A DNA stretch of 64,000 nt from an uncultured Verrucomicrobiae bacterium (GCA_963726745.1 CAVSDR010000002.1:160001-224000), one strand, 5' to 3'; numbered from the stretch's first letter, positions 1-10,325 are shown. Translations and numbers: made by a program. Notes: a model not told the origin generated them from the letters alone.

Positions 1-2
1 TG

Positions 3-1397
3 GATTCGCTGAAGAATCGGGCGCTCCGCGAGCGCATCATGCAGACCTCGCTCACGCGCAACAGCAAGGGCGGCGAGTGGGATAACCGCGAAGTCGTGAG
101 CCGGATCGCCAAGCTGCGCGCAGAACGTGCGACGCTTTTAGGTTACCCGAATCACGCCGCTTACCAGCTCGAGGACCAGACCGCCGGAAGCGTGCCGACG
201 GTGAACAAAATGCTGGCTGGGATCACGCCGCCAGCTGTGCGCAATGCGAAAAAGGAAATCGCCGACATGCAAAAAGTGATCGACGAGCAGGGGGGCGGCT
301 TCCAGCTGCAGCCGTGGGATTGGGACTTTTATGCCGAGCAAGTGCGGCAGGCGCGCTACAAGTTCGACGAGGGCCAAATCCGCCCTTACCTCGAGTTGAA
401 CCACGTCCTGATCGACGGCGTTTTCTTCGCCGCGACCAAGGAATACGGGATCACTTTCAAGGAACGCAAAGACCTCCCGGTTTACCTGCCAGACGTGCGC
501 GTCTTCGAGGTCTTCAACGCCGACGGCTCGCCCCTGGCGATCTTCATCGCCGATTACTACGCGCGGCCATCGAAGCGCGGCGGCGCCTGGGCCACGGCTT
601 ACGTGGGGCAGTCAAAACTGCTCGGGACGCGGCCGGTGATCGCGAACCACCTCAACATCCCGAAGCCGCCGGAGGGCCAGCCGACGCTCCTGACCTGGGA
701 CGAAACCAAGACCGCTTTCCATGAATTTGGTCACGCGCTGCACGGGATGTTTTCAGATGTGAAATATCCGCGCTTCAGCGGCTCGAGCGTGCCGCGCGAC
801 TTCGTCGAGTTCCCATCGCAAGTGAACGAGATGTGGCAGGCCTGGCCGGAAATCTTGAAGAACTACGCGAAACATTATCAGACCGGCGAGCCGATGCCGC
901 AGGAGTTGCTGGATAAAGTTTTCGCGGCGGAAAAGTTCAATCAAGGGTTCAAGACCACGGAATATCTCGAAGCAACCTTGATCGACCAGGCCTGGCACCA
1001 GCTCGCCCCGGCCGATGTGCCTAACGACACCATGGCCTTTGAGGCGGAAGCCTTGAAGAAAGCCGGGATCGACCTCCCGGTGGTCCCGCCGCGTTATCGC
1101 AGCCCGTATTTCTCGCACAGTTTCGCGGGCGGTTATTCGGCCGGTTACTATAGCTACATCTGGAGCGAGGTGCTCGATGCCGACACCGTGAAGTGGTTCA
1201 AGGAAAACGGCGGCCTTACGCGCGAAAACGGCGACCGCTTTCGCAAGACGCTACTCTCGCAAGGCGGGAGCAAGGAAGCGATGGAGCTCTTCCGCGACAT
1301 GGTCGGGCACGATCCGCAGATCGAGCCGCTGCTGGCGCGCCGTGGCCTCGAAGCTGACCTCGTTCCGGAAGCGGCGCCGCCGCCAAACGCGAAATAG
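3..1397 (+). CDS. dcp: M3 family metallopeptidase (peptidyl-dipeptidase Dcp-like), 5'-truncated by window edge
   Basis: HEFGHALH zinc motif, VPRDFVEFPSQ, GGYSAGYYSYIWSEVLDAD; the frame is open to the window start. Confidence 0.9.
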   Translation, partial: DSLKNRALRERIMQTSLTRNSKGGEWDNREVVSRIAKLRAERATLLGYPNHAAYQLEDQTAGSVPTVNKMLAGITPPAVRNAKKEIADMQKVIDEQGGGFQLQPWDWDFYAEQVRQARYKFDEGQIRPYLELNHVLIDGVFFAATKEYGITFKERKDLPVYLPDVRVFEVFNADGSPLAIFIADYYARPSKRGGAWATAYVGQSKLLGTRPVIANHLNIPKPPEGQPTLLTWDETKTAFHEFGHALHGMFSDVKYPRFSGSSVPRDFVEFPSQVNEMWQAWPEILKNYAKHYQTGEPMPQELLDKVFAAEKFNQGFKTTEYLEATLIDQAWHQLAPADVPNDTMAFEAEALKKAGIDLPVVPPRYRSPYFSHSFAGGYSAGYYSYIWSEVLDADTVKWFKENGGLTRENGDRFRKTLLSQGGSKEAMELFRDMVGHDPQIEPLLARRGLEADLVPEAAPPPNAK

Positions 1398-1401
1398 CCG
1401 G

Positions 1402-2991
1402 CTACTTCTTCGCCTCGAAACGCGCGCGGCCTTCGTCGATGTAGGTGCGGCCGCCCGCGTGTGAGAGCTCGAGGGTTTGCTCCCAGGTTCCGCCGGGAAA
1501 TTCCCGCTCGGTGCGCACGGTTTCGCGACGTTCCGTCGGCGCGGCTGCGGCGGAAGGAACCAGCGCCTCGTGCAGCACGCGGCCGTCGAGCGGCTCCGGC
1601 GGCTGCAGCTGGAGGAGATGCATGATCGTGGCGGCGACGTCCAGGTTCGAGCTGGGAAGATCGCTCGCAAGGCCGGGGCGAAAATCCGGCCCGGCGGCGA
1701 TGCAAGTGTTGTGGAGATCGAAGGGGCTGAGCGAGCCGTGCGTGGCCAGGTTGTTGTCTGTGCCGGCGCTCGATTCGACCAGCCCGGCGACGCCGTGCCG
1801 GTTGCGCTCTCGCGTCCAGCGGAAGGGGACGATCACATCGGGACCATTGGCTGCGTCGAGATGAAGCTCCGCCAGGGTGAAAGTGCCGGCTATTTTTTCG
1901 CGGGCAAAAATCGGCCCGGCGACGTCCGATTGCTGCAAGGCCTCGACCAAACGCGCGATCGTTTTCGTTTCGTGCTCGCCCACATACAGGAAGCTCACCC
2001 CGCCGTTGCCTACGACCTTGATCTCGCCGGGCGCGAGGCGGTTCGCCTCCTTGCCAGCGAGATGGAAGTCCCGCGCACCGAGAAATTCCTTGAGATCCAC
2101 CCGGCGCGCGATCGTGGAGAAGCCGTGATCGGATGCCACCAGCACGTCGGTCGCGGCGCGCACGCCCTTCTCCTCGAGCGCCGCGAGGACGCGCCCGAGA
2201 TTGTGGTCGACCGAGCGAAGCGCGGCCAGGGCCTCGGGGCTGCCGGGCATGGTCGCATGCTGGGCGTGGTCCGGGTCGCTCATCCAGAGAACGGAGAATC
2301 GCGGCACGCCCTCGGCCCAGAACACCTCGGTGAGCGCACGCGTGGTCCACTCATCCTCGACGCCATTCGCGGCCGCGCCTTCGGCCGGGAATTGACCCAG
2401 CAACTTGACGAACCGGTCGAGCGCCGACGGGGGCTCGCTCTCGCCCTTGAAAATTGTGACCGCACCGGGGCCGCGCGGCCGGCGATCGTGCAAGAGCCCG
2501 GCGGACTTGGTGCCCGCGACTGCGACTTGCCCGCCCGCCGCGCGGACGAGCTCAGCGATCGTGGGCGCGCCGAGGTAATGGCCCTCGGTGAGCGCGTCGC
2601 CTTTGCGGATGGTCTCGGCGTCGTCCATGCGCGCTGGTTTTTCGCCGGCGAGATCGGGGCGAAAGGCCCAGTTCGCGATCACCCCGCTTCGCTGCGGGAA
2701 GACGCCGGTGGCGAGGGCGGTGGCGTTGACACTCGTTAGGCTGGGATAGACGGAGTGATGCCGGCGGAAGGTCACGCCCGCCTGGGCGAGCTGCCAGAGC
2801 TGCGGCGTGTTCTCGGCGCTGACGAAATCCGGCCGCATGCCATCCCAGACGATGAGGACCACGTGCCGCGCCCGCGGCGCCGTCTCGCTGTCTGTTTTCG
2901 CGAGAGCGGCAAACGGGAGTGCGGCCAGCAGGGCAATACGGCAACAACAGCGCAGGCGCATGAGCGGGAGCTTCGCACGAAGGGCGCGCAT
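1402..2991 (-). CDS. Alkaline phosphatase superfamily nucleotide pyrophosphatase/phosphodiesterase, exported
   Basis: Signal peptide; VVLIVWDGMRPD, PSLTSVN nucleophile region, DPDHAQH, SDHGF, THGSLS motifs; start codon uncertain (2991 or 2961). Confidence 0.85.
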   Translation of the reverse strand: MRALRAKLPLMRLRCCCRIALLAALPFAALAKTDSETAPRARHVVLIVWDGMRPDFVSAENTPQLWQLAQAGVTFRRHHSVYPSLTSVNATALATGVFPQRSGVIANWAFRPDLAGEKPARMDDAETIRKGDALTEGHYLGAPTIAELVRAAGGQVAVAGTKSAGLLHDRRPRGPGAVTIFKGESEPPSALDRFVKLLGQFPAEGAAANGVEDEWTTRALTEVFWAEGVPRFSVLWMSDPDHAQHATMPGSPEALAALRSVDHNLGRVLAALEEKGVRAATDVLVASDHGFSTIARRVDLKEFLGARDFHLAGKEANRLAPGEIKVVGNGGVSFLYVGEHETKTIARLVEALQQSDVAGPIFAREKIAGTFTLAELHLDAANGPDVIVPFRWTRERNRHGVAGLVESSAGTDNNLATHGSLSPFDLHNTCIAAGPDFRPGLASDLPSSNLDVAATIMHLLQLQPPEPLDGRVLHEALVPSAAAAPTERRETVRTEREFPGGTWEQTLELSHAGGRTYIDEGRARFEAKK

Positions 2992-2999
2992 CTGCGCGG

Positions 3000-4376
3000 C
3001 TACTTCGCCGCCTTCGGCAGCTTCCCGGCGACGGCGGCGGTCAGATCGGGAATGTCATGCACATTGAGGACCACCGGCGTCATGCTCGTGGTTCGGCCGC
3101 TGGTGTCGAGGACGGCGTTGAAGCTGCCGGCGCGCGCGACTTCGCCCACAACGGCGATGATTTCCTGGATGATCGGCTGGCGCTTGTGCTGGAGGAGATT
3201 CGAGATTTGCGCCTGCTTCTCGCCCCGTTCCAACGGGCTCAGCGCGGCCATTTCCGCGACCGCGTTTTTCGTGGTCTCCTGGATTTCCGCCTCGGCCTTT
3301 TTGCCGTTAGCCGACTCTTTGTAGAGCCGCTCGATGTCGACCAATCCGAAGCGCAGTTCGCTCGAGAGCACGCCGGTGGTGGCCGTTCCTTTCGTGGCCG
3401 TTTCGCCGTTGACCGCCGCCACCAGGTCGCTGGTAAAATCCGGCAGTCCCTGCGAAAAAACGAGGAAGGGGACGGTCGACATGCCCTGGCCGGTGCGGTC
3501 GAAGAGCAAGGAAACGCGGTCGCCCGCGATCTTCTCGAGCGTGCGCGCCATCTCCTGGACGATCGGCTGGCGCGCCTCGAGCATGGCCTGGCCGATTTCC
3601 TTCTCCTTCGCGGTGCGGAATTGTGCGAGCTCTTCCTCCAGCTTCTGTGCTTTCGCTTCCTGGGCGGCCCGCGCGGTCTCGGCCAGGTCGGCGATCCTGG
3701 CGCGCTCCGCTTTCAAGGCGCTGGTTAATTTCTCGTTCTCCGTGCGGGCGCTTTCCTGGGCGTTCTTCAGTTTCTCCTCGGCCGTCTTGGTTTGCCGGAG
3801 CTGGGTGAAGACACCGTTGAGATCGATCGTGCCGACGCGCAGGCCGCGCACGGAATTGACGTTTCCGGCGTCCTTGCCCTCGAGCGCGCTCGCGAGCCGC
3901 GTGGTGATCTCCGCCTCGGAAGGATGGAGGACAACGAAAGGCACGCCGCTGACGCTCAAGCCGCTGAAGTCGAAAACGAGGCCGATGTTTTGCGCGAGGC
4001 GGTTCACTGCGCCGTTGACGTCGCGCAGGATGGTCTCGCGCAGGGCGGTGCCTTGTTGCTGGATCTCGGCGGCGCGGGCCTGCTGCCAGAGGAGAATCTC
4101 GGCCTGCTTTTCCGCGACCGCCGTCTTGTCGGTTAATTTCTTCAGCTCGGCCTGGCGGCTTTCGTATTCCTTGAGCGCGGCCTTGCTCGCTTCCTCGACT
4201 TTGGCGGAGGCTTCCTTGGTTTGCGGGAGGCCCTTGAAGAGCGCGTCCAGGCTCACGAAGGCGAAGCTGGGATCGCGCCCCGATTTCTCGGTGGCCGGCG
4301 CCGGCGAAGGCGATGCGGCGGGGAGGGGCAGGGCGCTAAGGAGCACCAGGCCGGTGCAGACGAGAACGGTTTTCAT
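3000..4376 (-). CDS. OmpH/Skp family chaperone with three tandem Skp domains
   Basis: Signal peptide, then three repeats of (F/V)xx(V/I)(S/D)L..coiled coil..(L/A)(V/L)(F/L)DxSG...P(F/V)V....D(I/F/L)T. Confidence 0.7.
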   Translation of the reverse strand: MKTVLVCTGLVLLSALPLPAASPSPAPATEKSGRDPSFAFVSLDALFKGLPQTKEASAKVEEASKAALKEYESRQAELKKLTDKTAVAEKQAEILLWQQARAAEIQQQGTALRETILRDVNGAVNRLAQNIGLVFDFSGLSVSGVPFVVLHPSEAEITTRLASALEGKDAGNVNSVRGLRVGTIDLNGVFTQLRQTKTAEEKLKNAQESARTENEKLTSALKAERARIADLAETARAAQEAKAQKLEEELAQFRTAKEKEIGQAMLEARQPIVQEMARTLEKIAGDRVSLLFDRTGQGMSTVPFLVFSQGLPDFTSDLVAAVNGETATKGTATTGVLSSELRFGLVDIERLYKESANGKKAEAEIQETTKNAVAEMAALSPLERGEKQAQISNLLQHKRQPIIQEIIAVVGEVARAGSFNAVLDTSGRTTSMTPVVLNVHDIPDLTAAVAGKLPKAAK

Positions 4377-4385
4377 GCAGTGAAT

Positions 4386-4988
4386 CTAGCTCCAGACCGG
4401 GCGGATGGCAGTGGCAGGTCGCTGGCAAAATGCCTCGAAGTCTTCCCGCGACCAGAGCACCCGGCAGATGCCGCCATCGAGTCCCGCGAGCTGAGCCCGC
4501 TGCCATTGCTCTGCCCGAACGGTGAAAGGCCCCACGCGGCCTAACGAGTCCGCGCAATCGGCGTTGTCGGAATCGGAAGCCACGTAGGCGCCCTCCGGAA
4601 GCGCGCACAACAGATCGCGGGTCAGCCGGGCGTGCACCACCGTGCCCCAGGTGATCGGTGCATCCTCGATGTCGCGGATGCGCGCGGCCGGCTGTTCATC
4701 GAGGTAGGAAAGCGTGGCGCCAAGCTCGATCGCCTTCGCCTGCAGCGGCTGCACGAGCGCGCAAAGATTTTCGCTTTCGCCATTCTGCAGCCAAACGCGC
4801 AGGCCGCCATCGGTCCATTGCGCCAGCGCCTTCCAGCCTCGCCGCCGCGCCTGGTCGCAAATGGAAACCGCGAAGTCCTCCACGTCGCGGCGCGTCTCGA
4901 CCTCGCCGGGGCAGGTGAGCAGGAAAACGATCTGGCGGGTGCGGTTATCGGGAGGAGCGAGAGTGGCCACGAAAGCGCAGGCTAACAA
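4386..4988 (-). CDS. Hypothetical protein
   Basis: 200-aa ORF filling the gap between nuoI and the Skp gene on the same strand; no recognisable motif; start uncertain. Confidence 0.45.
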   Translation of the reverse strand: MLACAFVATLAPPDNRTRQIVFLLTCPGEVETRRDVEDFAVSICDQARRRGWKALAQWTDGGLRVWLQNGESENLCALVQPLQAKAIELGATLSYLDEQPAARIRDIEDAPITWGTVVHARLTRDLLCALPEGAYVASDSDNADCADSLGRVGPFTVRAEQWQRAQLAGLDGGICRVLWSREDFEAFCQRPATAIRPVWS

Positions 4989-5025
4989 AGGCTGCGCGCG
5001 CGTGGCAAGGCCCGGGCAACGCAGG

Positions 5026-5565
5026 CTAAGCGGGTTTCTTTTTCGCAGCGGCGGCAGCCGCGAGGCGTCCGTCGACCTCGGCGGCCTCCACCGGGTGGAT
5101 CGCGTGATAGTATTCGTTAGACTTCGCCAGCTCCGGCTTCTCCAGGAGGAAGGCGTCGAAGCGTTCCCGCCGGCTTAGCTCGAAAACCTTGTCCATCTTG
5201 ATCGCCTCAAACGGGCATACTTCGACGCAAATCTGGCAGCTCATGCAGACCGAGATATCGATGTCGAAAGTGGCTGGATAAAACTGCGGCTTCTCCAGGT
5301 AGTCCGGTTTTTTGTCCGTGCTCTTGACGATGTAGATGCACTGCGGCGGGCATTCTTTTTCGCAGATCTTGCAGGCGACGCAACGCAGCCCGGCCTCGGC
5401 GTTGTCGCCATCGAAGACGAGAAAAGGGAAGTTGCGGTAGTTCTCCGGCAGGGGCGCGCGCTCCTCGGGATACTGCACGGTCGTTAGGCGGTCCTCCTCG
5501 AAATAGCTTCCGACAAAGTTCCGCAGGGTCACGCCCATGCCCTTGAGAATCCCGGTGCCGATCAT
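5026..5565 (-). CDS. nuoI: NADH-quinone oxidoreductase subunit I (2x[4Fe-4S])
   Basis: TVQYPEE, CVACKICEKECP and CMSCQICVEVCP ferredoxin motifs. Confidence 0.9.
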   Translation of the reverse strand: MIGTGILKGMGVTLRNFVGSYFEEDRLTTVQYPEERAPLPENYRNFPFLVFDGDNAEAGLRCVACKICEKECPPQCIYIVKSTDKKPDYLEKPQFYPATFDIDISVCMSCQICVEVCPFEAIKMDKVFELSRRERFDAFLLEKPELAKSNEYYHAIHPVEAAEVDGRLAAAAAAKKKPA

Positions 5566-5643
5566 GTTCGCCCTCAGGAGTAGCGAATGCGCGCGCCGCT
5601 GGCAAACATCCGCTGACCGCGGCGGCGGCGTATTTTCTTAACC

Positions 5644-6043
5644 ATGAGCTACATCAAACAAATGTTCGAAACGCATCCGGTGAACCCCTCGTCGGACCAC
5701 GCGGTCGCGATCGAGTGCATCACCGCCTGCTATTCCTGCGCGGAAGCGTGCAACGCCTGCGCCGATGCCTGCCTGGGAGAGAAGGATGTCAGCGCGATGG
5801 TGCAATGCATCCGCAATTGCACCGATTGCGCGGACGTTTGCCTGGCGACGGCGCGGTTGATCTCGCGCTTCACGCGGACCGACAAGACGATCGCCGGCGC
5901 GCTTGCTCCGGGCTTGCATCACCGCCTGCCACGAGTGCCACCGCACTTGTGCAGAACATGGCGAGATGATGGAGCATTGCCGCGTTTGCGCGGAAGCATG
6001 CGCCCGCTGCGAGAAGGCGTGCGAGGCGCTGCTCGCGGAGTAA
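5644..6043 (+). CDS. Cys-rich four-helix-bundle copper storage protein (Csp3/DUF326-like), one frameshift near 5902
   Basis: Repeated CxxxCxxCxxxC (CITACYSCAEACNACADAC, CIRNCTDCADVC); continues in another frame as ACITACHECHRTCAEH..EHCRVCAEACARCEKAC to TAA at 6041-6043; no signal peptide. Confidence 0.8.
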
Positions 6044-6059
6044 GCGCTCGTTAGCCGGC

Positions 6060-7217
6060 TCAGCGATCGACTTCGCCCATGACGATGTCGATCGAGCCGA
6101 GGATGACCATGACGTCGGCGACGGTGTGGCCGAGGCACATGTCCTCGAGAATCGTCAGGTTAATGAAGCTCGGCGGGCGCACGCGGTAGCGGTAGGGATT
6201 CGCGCTGCCGTCGCTGATCAGGTAGAAGCCGAGCTCGCCCTTCGGGCTTTCGATCCGACCGTAAGCTTCGCCGACCGGCGGCTTGAAGGCGCGCACTTTG
6301 ACCTTCGGATTCATCACCGGACCGGCGGAGATTTGCGCGAAGGCCTGGTCGAGGATGGCGAGGCTCTCGCGGCATTCGAGCACGCGCATCATCAGGCGAT
6401 CGTAGCAATCGCCGTGGTCGCCCAGCGGGATGCGAAATTTGAAGCGCGAATAGATGCCGTAGCCATCCACTTTGCGCAGGTCGTAGTTCACTCCGCAGGC
6501 GCGCAGGATCGGACCGGTGAGGCCGGCATTGACCGCCAGCTCGCTGCTTATTTTGCCGACCTCCTGCGTGCGCATGAGCAGGATTTCGTTCGTCGTAATC
6601 AGCTGCTCGAACTCGTCGAGGAAACGCGGGAACGCGGCGGCGACGCGGCGCGCGTGCTCCATCCAGACATCGCTCGGGTCGACCCGGCAGCCGCCGAAAC
6701 GCATGTAATCGCACATCATGCGCGAGCCGCTGAGCGACTCGAAAAGGTCGAGGATTTTCTCGCGTTCGCGAAAGGCATACATCAACGGCGTGCCCCACGC
6801 GCCCATGTCGCTGAGGAGAAAACCAAGCAGCGAGATGTGATTTTGCAGGCGGGTGAGTTCCGCGAGGATGACGCGCAGATACTCGGCGCGCTCGGGCACT
6901 TCGATGCCGGCGAGCTTCTCCACGCTGAGCGCGTAGGCCCAGTTATTGGACATGGAGCAGAAGTAATCGAGCCGGTCGGTATACGGCATCGAGCCGAGGT
7001 AGCTCGTGCCTTCGCCGATCTTTTCGTGGTTGCGATGGAGGTAACCAAAGACCGGCTTGAGCTTGCGCACGATCTCGCCCTCGAGCGCGACGTTCATCCG
7101 GAAGACGCCGTGGGTCGACGGGTGCTGCGGGCCCATCGAGATCTCGAGCAACTCGCCCTCCAATCGCGAACTCATCCGCGGAGGAGCTTCGTGCAATTCC
7201 TGGAAGCCGGGAGTCAT
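6060..7217 (-). CDS. nuoD: NADH-quinone oxidoreductase subunit D
   Basis: [38 protein letters not shown]-terminus; no NiFe CxxC motifs. Confidence 0.95.
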   Translation of the reverse strand: MTPGFQELHEAPPRMSSRLEGELLEISMGPQHPSTHGVFRMNVALEGEIVRKLKPVFGYLHRNHEKIGEGTSYLGSMPYTDRLDYFCSMSNNWAYALSVEKLAGIEVPERAEYLRVILAELTRLQNHISLLGFLLSDMGAWGTPLMYAFREREKILDLFESLSGSRMMCDYMRFGGCRVDPSDVWMEHARRVAAAFPRFLDEFEQLITTNEILLMRTQEVGKISSELAVNAGLTGPILRACGVNYDLRKVDGYGIYSRFKFRIPLGDHGDCYDRLMMRVLECRESLAILDQAFAQISAGPVMNPKVKVRAFKPPVGEAYGRIESPKGELGFYLISDGSANPYRYRVRPPSFINLTILEDMCLGHTVADVMVILGSIDIVMGEVDR

Positions 7218-7871
7218 TCGTTAGGCGTCAGGGCCTGGTCGGCTGGTCTGGCGCTCTGGTGCGCCTTGGATTTAGCCAGCACTTCGTCGTGCGCGGTCGG
7301 CTCGTATTCGTAGTCATCCGGCTCGACGTAATCTTTCCGCATCGGGAAGTCGGTAAATTCGTCCCACATGAGGATGCGGCGCAGGTCGGGATGGCCGTCG
7401 AATTGGATCCCGTAAAGGTCGAAGATCTCGCGCTCCTGGAATTCCGCGCTCCGCCAAACCGGCGTAAGCGAAGGGAGATGCACCCGCTGCCGCGCGATCG
7501 CCAGTGCGCAGGCGAAGGATCACCGGGCCGTGCTTAAAGGCGATGGAGTAAAGATGGTAAACCGCCTCGAGGTGGCCAGGGATCGTCTCCTCCGTCACTT
7601 GCTCGACTTCCTTCTCCTCGCCTTCGACGACCTGCTTCACTTTTGCCGTCCGCTTCACCTTGCGCTCCGGCCAGTCGACCCCGGTCGCGTTCGAGCAGAA
7701 GTCGAGGCGCAAGGCGGGATCGTCGTGCAGGAAACGCGCGACCCGCAGCGCGTGCTCCGAGTTCAGCAAAAGCGAAGGCTGATTGGCCGGGCCAGGATTC
7801 GCGATGACTTCGATCTGCGCACCGGGCACCGCCGCTTCCACGCGCGCCTTGATTTCCTCGAGCGACTCCAT
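7214..7871 (-). CDS. nuoC: NADH-quinone oxidoreductase subunit C (frameshift near 7485)
   Basis: N-part [18 protein letters not shown] in ORF 7314..7871; C-part [40 protein letters not shown] in ORF 7214..7483. Confidence 0.9.
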
Positions 7872-7874
7872 TCG

Positions 7875-8499
7875 TTAGGCACGCTCGACCACCGGCGGAT
7901 GGAAGACCTCCGGATTCAACGGCGGCTCGAGGTCGTGCGCACCGAAGGCCGGCACCGGAAACTCGCTGGGCTGCGTCGCGGTCGAGGTGCGCCGCTTTCA
8001 TCTCGCCGGTTAATTTTTGCCCGTCGATCTTGCGCTGTAGTTCCATGAAAGCATGGAGCAACGCCTCCGGCCGCGGCGGACAGCCGGGAATGTAAACGTC
8101 CACCGGAATGTAGCGGTCGATTCCTTTGAGCACGTTGTAACCTTGCTTGAACGGTCCGCCGGAAATCGCGCACGCGCCCATCGCGATGACGTATTTCGGA
8201 TCGGGCATCTGGTTGTAGAGCCGGACGATTTGCGGCGCCATTTTCTTGGTCACGGTGCCGGCCACGATCATGAGATCGGCCTGGCGCGGCGAGGGCCGAA
8301 AAACTTCGCCGCCGAAGCGCGCGAGATCATACTTCGAGGCGGCGGTCGCGATCATCTCGATCGCGCAACAGGCGAGCCCGAACTGCAGCGGCCAGATGGA
8401 ATTCTTGCGGCCCCAATTATAGAGCTCCTGCATCGAGGTGACCCAGATGCCTTGCTTCTGGAGTTCGCTTTGCAGGTTGCTGTCTATTTCTGTGCTCAT
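7875..8499 (-). CDS. nuoB: NADH-quinone oxidoreductase subunit B (frameshift near 7972)
   Basis: [35 protein letters not shown]; the shifted tail PSEFPVP..VERA ends at TAA 7875-7877. Confidence 0.93.
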
Positions 8500-8520
8500 T
8501 GAAGAATTCGGAGAGGAATG

Positions 8521-8585
8521 AATTTGGAAACCAGGAAACCAGAAAGAGGAGCTTTGTCTTTTTCTGGCTTTCTCCTTTCTAAATT
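8521..8585. repeat. AT-rich imperfect inverted-repeat element, copy 1 (between nuoA and nuoB)
   Basis: Left arm AATTTGGAAACCAGGAAACCAGAAA (8521-8545), right arm TTTCTGGCTTTCTCCTTTCTAAATT (8561-8585); related copy at 59516-59585. Confidence 0.75.
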
Positions 8586-8592
8586 CCTCCCC

Positions 8593-8973
8593 CTATCGCG
8601 ACCAGTCGAGACAACCTTTGCCCCAGGCCCAGACCAAGCCTTCAAGCAGCAGAAGCACGAAAACAAGCAGCGCGATGAAAGCGCCCACCGGCAGGCCGGT
8701 GAAGGCGACCGCAAAGGGGACCAGGAAAATCGCCTCGACGTCGAAGATCAGGAAAATGATCGCGTAGAGGAAATACTGCGAGCGGAACTGCACCTGCGCT
8801 TCGCCTAACGACTCGATGCCGCATTCGTAGGTGGCGTTTTTGCGCGCGCCCGGCCGGGGTGGTTGAAAAAAGCGCCGCCAGAGCCAGGCGAGCGCGAGCG
8901 GGAGCAACGGGAAAACCAAGGCCACGCCGGCAAAAAGGACGATGAAGAAGTAAGGATCGGGCGCAGTTCCCAT
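8593..8973 (-). CDS. nuoA: NADH-quinone oxidoreductase subunit A
   Basis: KNATYECG, FLIFDVEAIFLVP, KGCLDW; three TM helices. Confidence 0.93.
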   Translation of the reverse strand: MGTAPDPYFFIVLFAGVALVFPLLPLALAWLWRRFFQPPRPGARKNATYECGIESLGEAQVQFRSQYFLYAIIFLIFDVEAIFLVPFAVAFTGLPVGAFIALLVFVLLLLEGLVWAWGKGCLDWSR

Positions 8974-9047
8974 CGGGCCTCGCAGTTCTACTCAAAGCCC
9001 TCTCGGCGCGGCCAGTCTTTTCCTTTCACTCGCGCGGCAATCGCCGT

Positions 9048-10325
9048 ATGGAAGCGCCCTGGATGGTCGATGAAGAATTAACGCGGGCCGAGGAGGCGGT
9101 GCGCAAAAGCGAGGAGCGCTACCGCGAGCTGCTCGCCTCGATCACCGACTATATCTACAGCGTGCGCTTCCAGAATGGCGTGGTCGTGGACACGCAGCAC
9201 GGTCCCGGTTGTCTCAACGTCACCGGTTACCGCCCGCAGGAATACAGCGAGGATCCGGATCTCTGGCACCGCATGGTCCACCCCGACGACCGCGCCGCCG
9301 TGACCGAAAATGTGATGGCGATGACGCAGGGAAAAGTCCCGCCGACGATCGAGCACCGCATTTTTCACCGCGACGGCTCGATCCGCTGGGTGCGGAATCA
9401 GCGCGTGCCGCATTACGATGCGACCGGCGCATTCTCCGGCTACGACGGTTTGGTCACGGACGTCACCTCGCGCAAGGAAGCGGAGGAACAGCTCACCGCG
9501 GCCAATGCGCAGCTGCGCGAAGTGCTCGCGAGCCTCACGAAAAGCCACGAGGAGCTGAAGAAGACGCAGCTGCAATTGATCGAAGCCGAGAAGCTCCAGA
9601 CCGTGGGCCAGCTCGCGGCGGGCGTGGCCCACGAGGTCAAGAATCCGCTGGCTGTTTTGCAGATGGGGCTCGGCTACGTGAGCGCGCACCTGCCGGCGGA
9701 TGACGCGCAAATCGTCGGCGTGATCCGCGAAATGAATGATGCGATCAAGCGCGCCGACGCGGTCGTGGGTGGCTTGCTGAAGTTCGCCGCGCCCAAGGAA
9801 CTCGACCTGCGGCTGATGGAGATCGAGCCGCTCATCCGCCGCGCGCTCACGCTCGTGCGGCACGAGATCAAGGCGGCCAAGATCCAGGTCGTGACGGGCT
9901 TTACTCCGCAGCTGCCGCGGGCCGCGCTCGATGCCGGCAAGATGCAGCAGGTCTTCGTAAATCTTTTCACGAACGCCTGCCACGCAATGTCCGCCGGCGG
10001 ACTTCTCTCCGTGACCACCCAGTCACGCACCCTCTGCGACCAGGAGGCGGACATGCTCGGCGGGAACCGCGCGGGCACGCGCCTGCGCAACGGCGACCGC
10101 GTGCTCGTGGTGCAGATCGCGGATAACGGCAGCGGCATTCCGCCGGAACATCTCGCGCGCGTCTTCGATCCCTATTTCACGACCAAGCCGACAGGCAAGG
10201 GGACGGGACTGGGCTTGACGGTGACCAAGACCATCATCGATATGCACGGCGGCCGGATCCATCTGCACAATCGCGAGGAAGGCGGCGCGGTCGCAACCTT
10301 GTTGCTCCCCACTAATGAGAAATAA
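9048..10325 (+). CDS. Cytoplasmic PAS-domain sensor histidine kinase
   Basis: VHPDDR PAS_3 motif, AAGVAHEVKNPL H-box, NLFTNA, DNGSGI, FTTKPTGKGTGLGL. Confidence 0.93.
   Translation: MEAPWMVDEELTRAEEAVRKSEERYRELLASITDYIYSVRFQNGVVVDTQHGPGCLNVTGYRPQEYSEDPDLWHRMVHPDDRAAVTENVMAMTQGKVPPTIEHRIFHRDGSIRWVRNQRVPHYDATGAFSGYDGLVTDVTSRKEAEEQLTAANAQLREVLASLTKSHEELKKTQLQLIEAEKLQTVGQLAAGVAHEVKNPLAVLQMGLGYVSAHLPADDAQIVGVIREMNDAIKRADAVVGGLLKFAAPKELDLRLMEIEPLIRRALTLVRHEIKAAKIQVVTGFTPQLPRAALDAGKMQQVFVNLFTNACHAMSAGGLLSVTTQSRTLCDQEADMLGGNRAGTRLRNGDRVLVVQIADNGSGIPPEHLARVFDPYFTTKPTGKGTGLGLTVTKTIIDMHGGRIHLHNREEGGAVATLLLPTNEK

Noticed and set aside
6060..8499. nuoB/C/D as a group 4 [NiFe]-hydrogenase
   Set aside because: The large subunit lacks both CxxC Ni-binding motifs and ends in the NuoD-type GEVDR.
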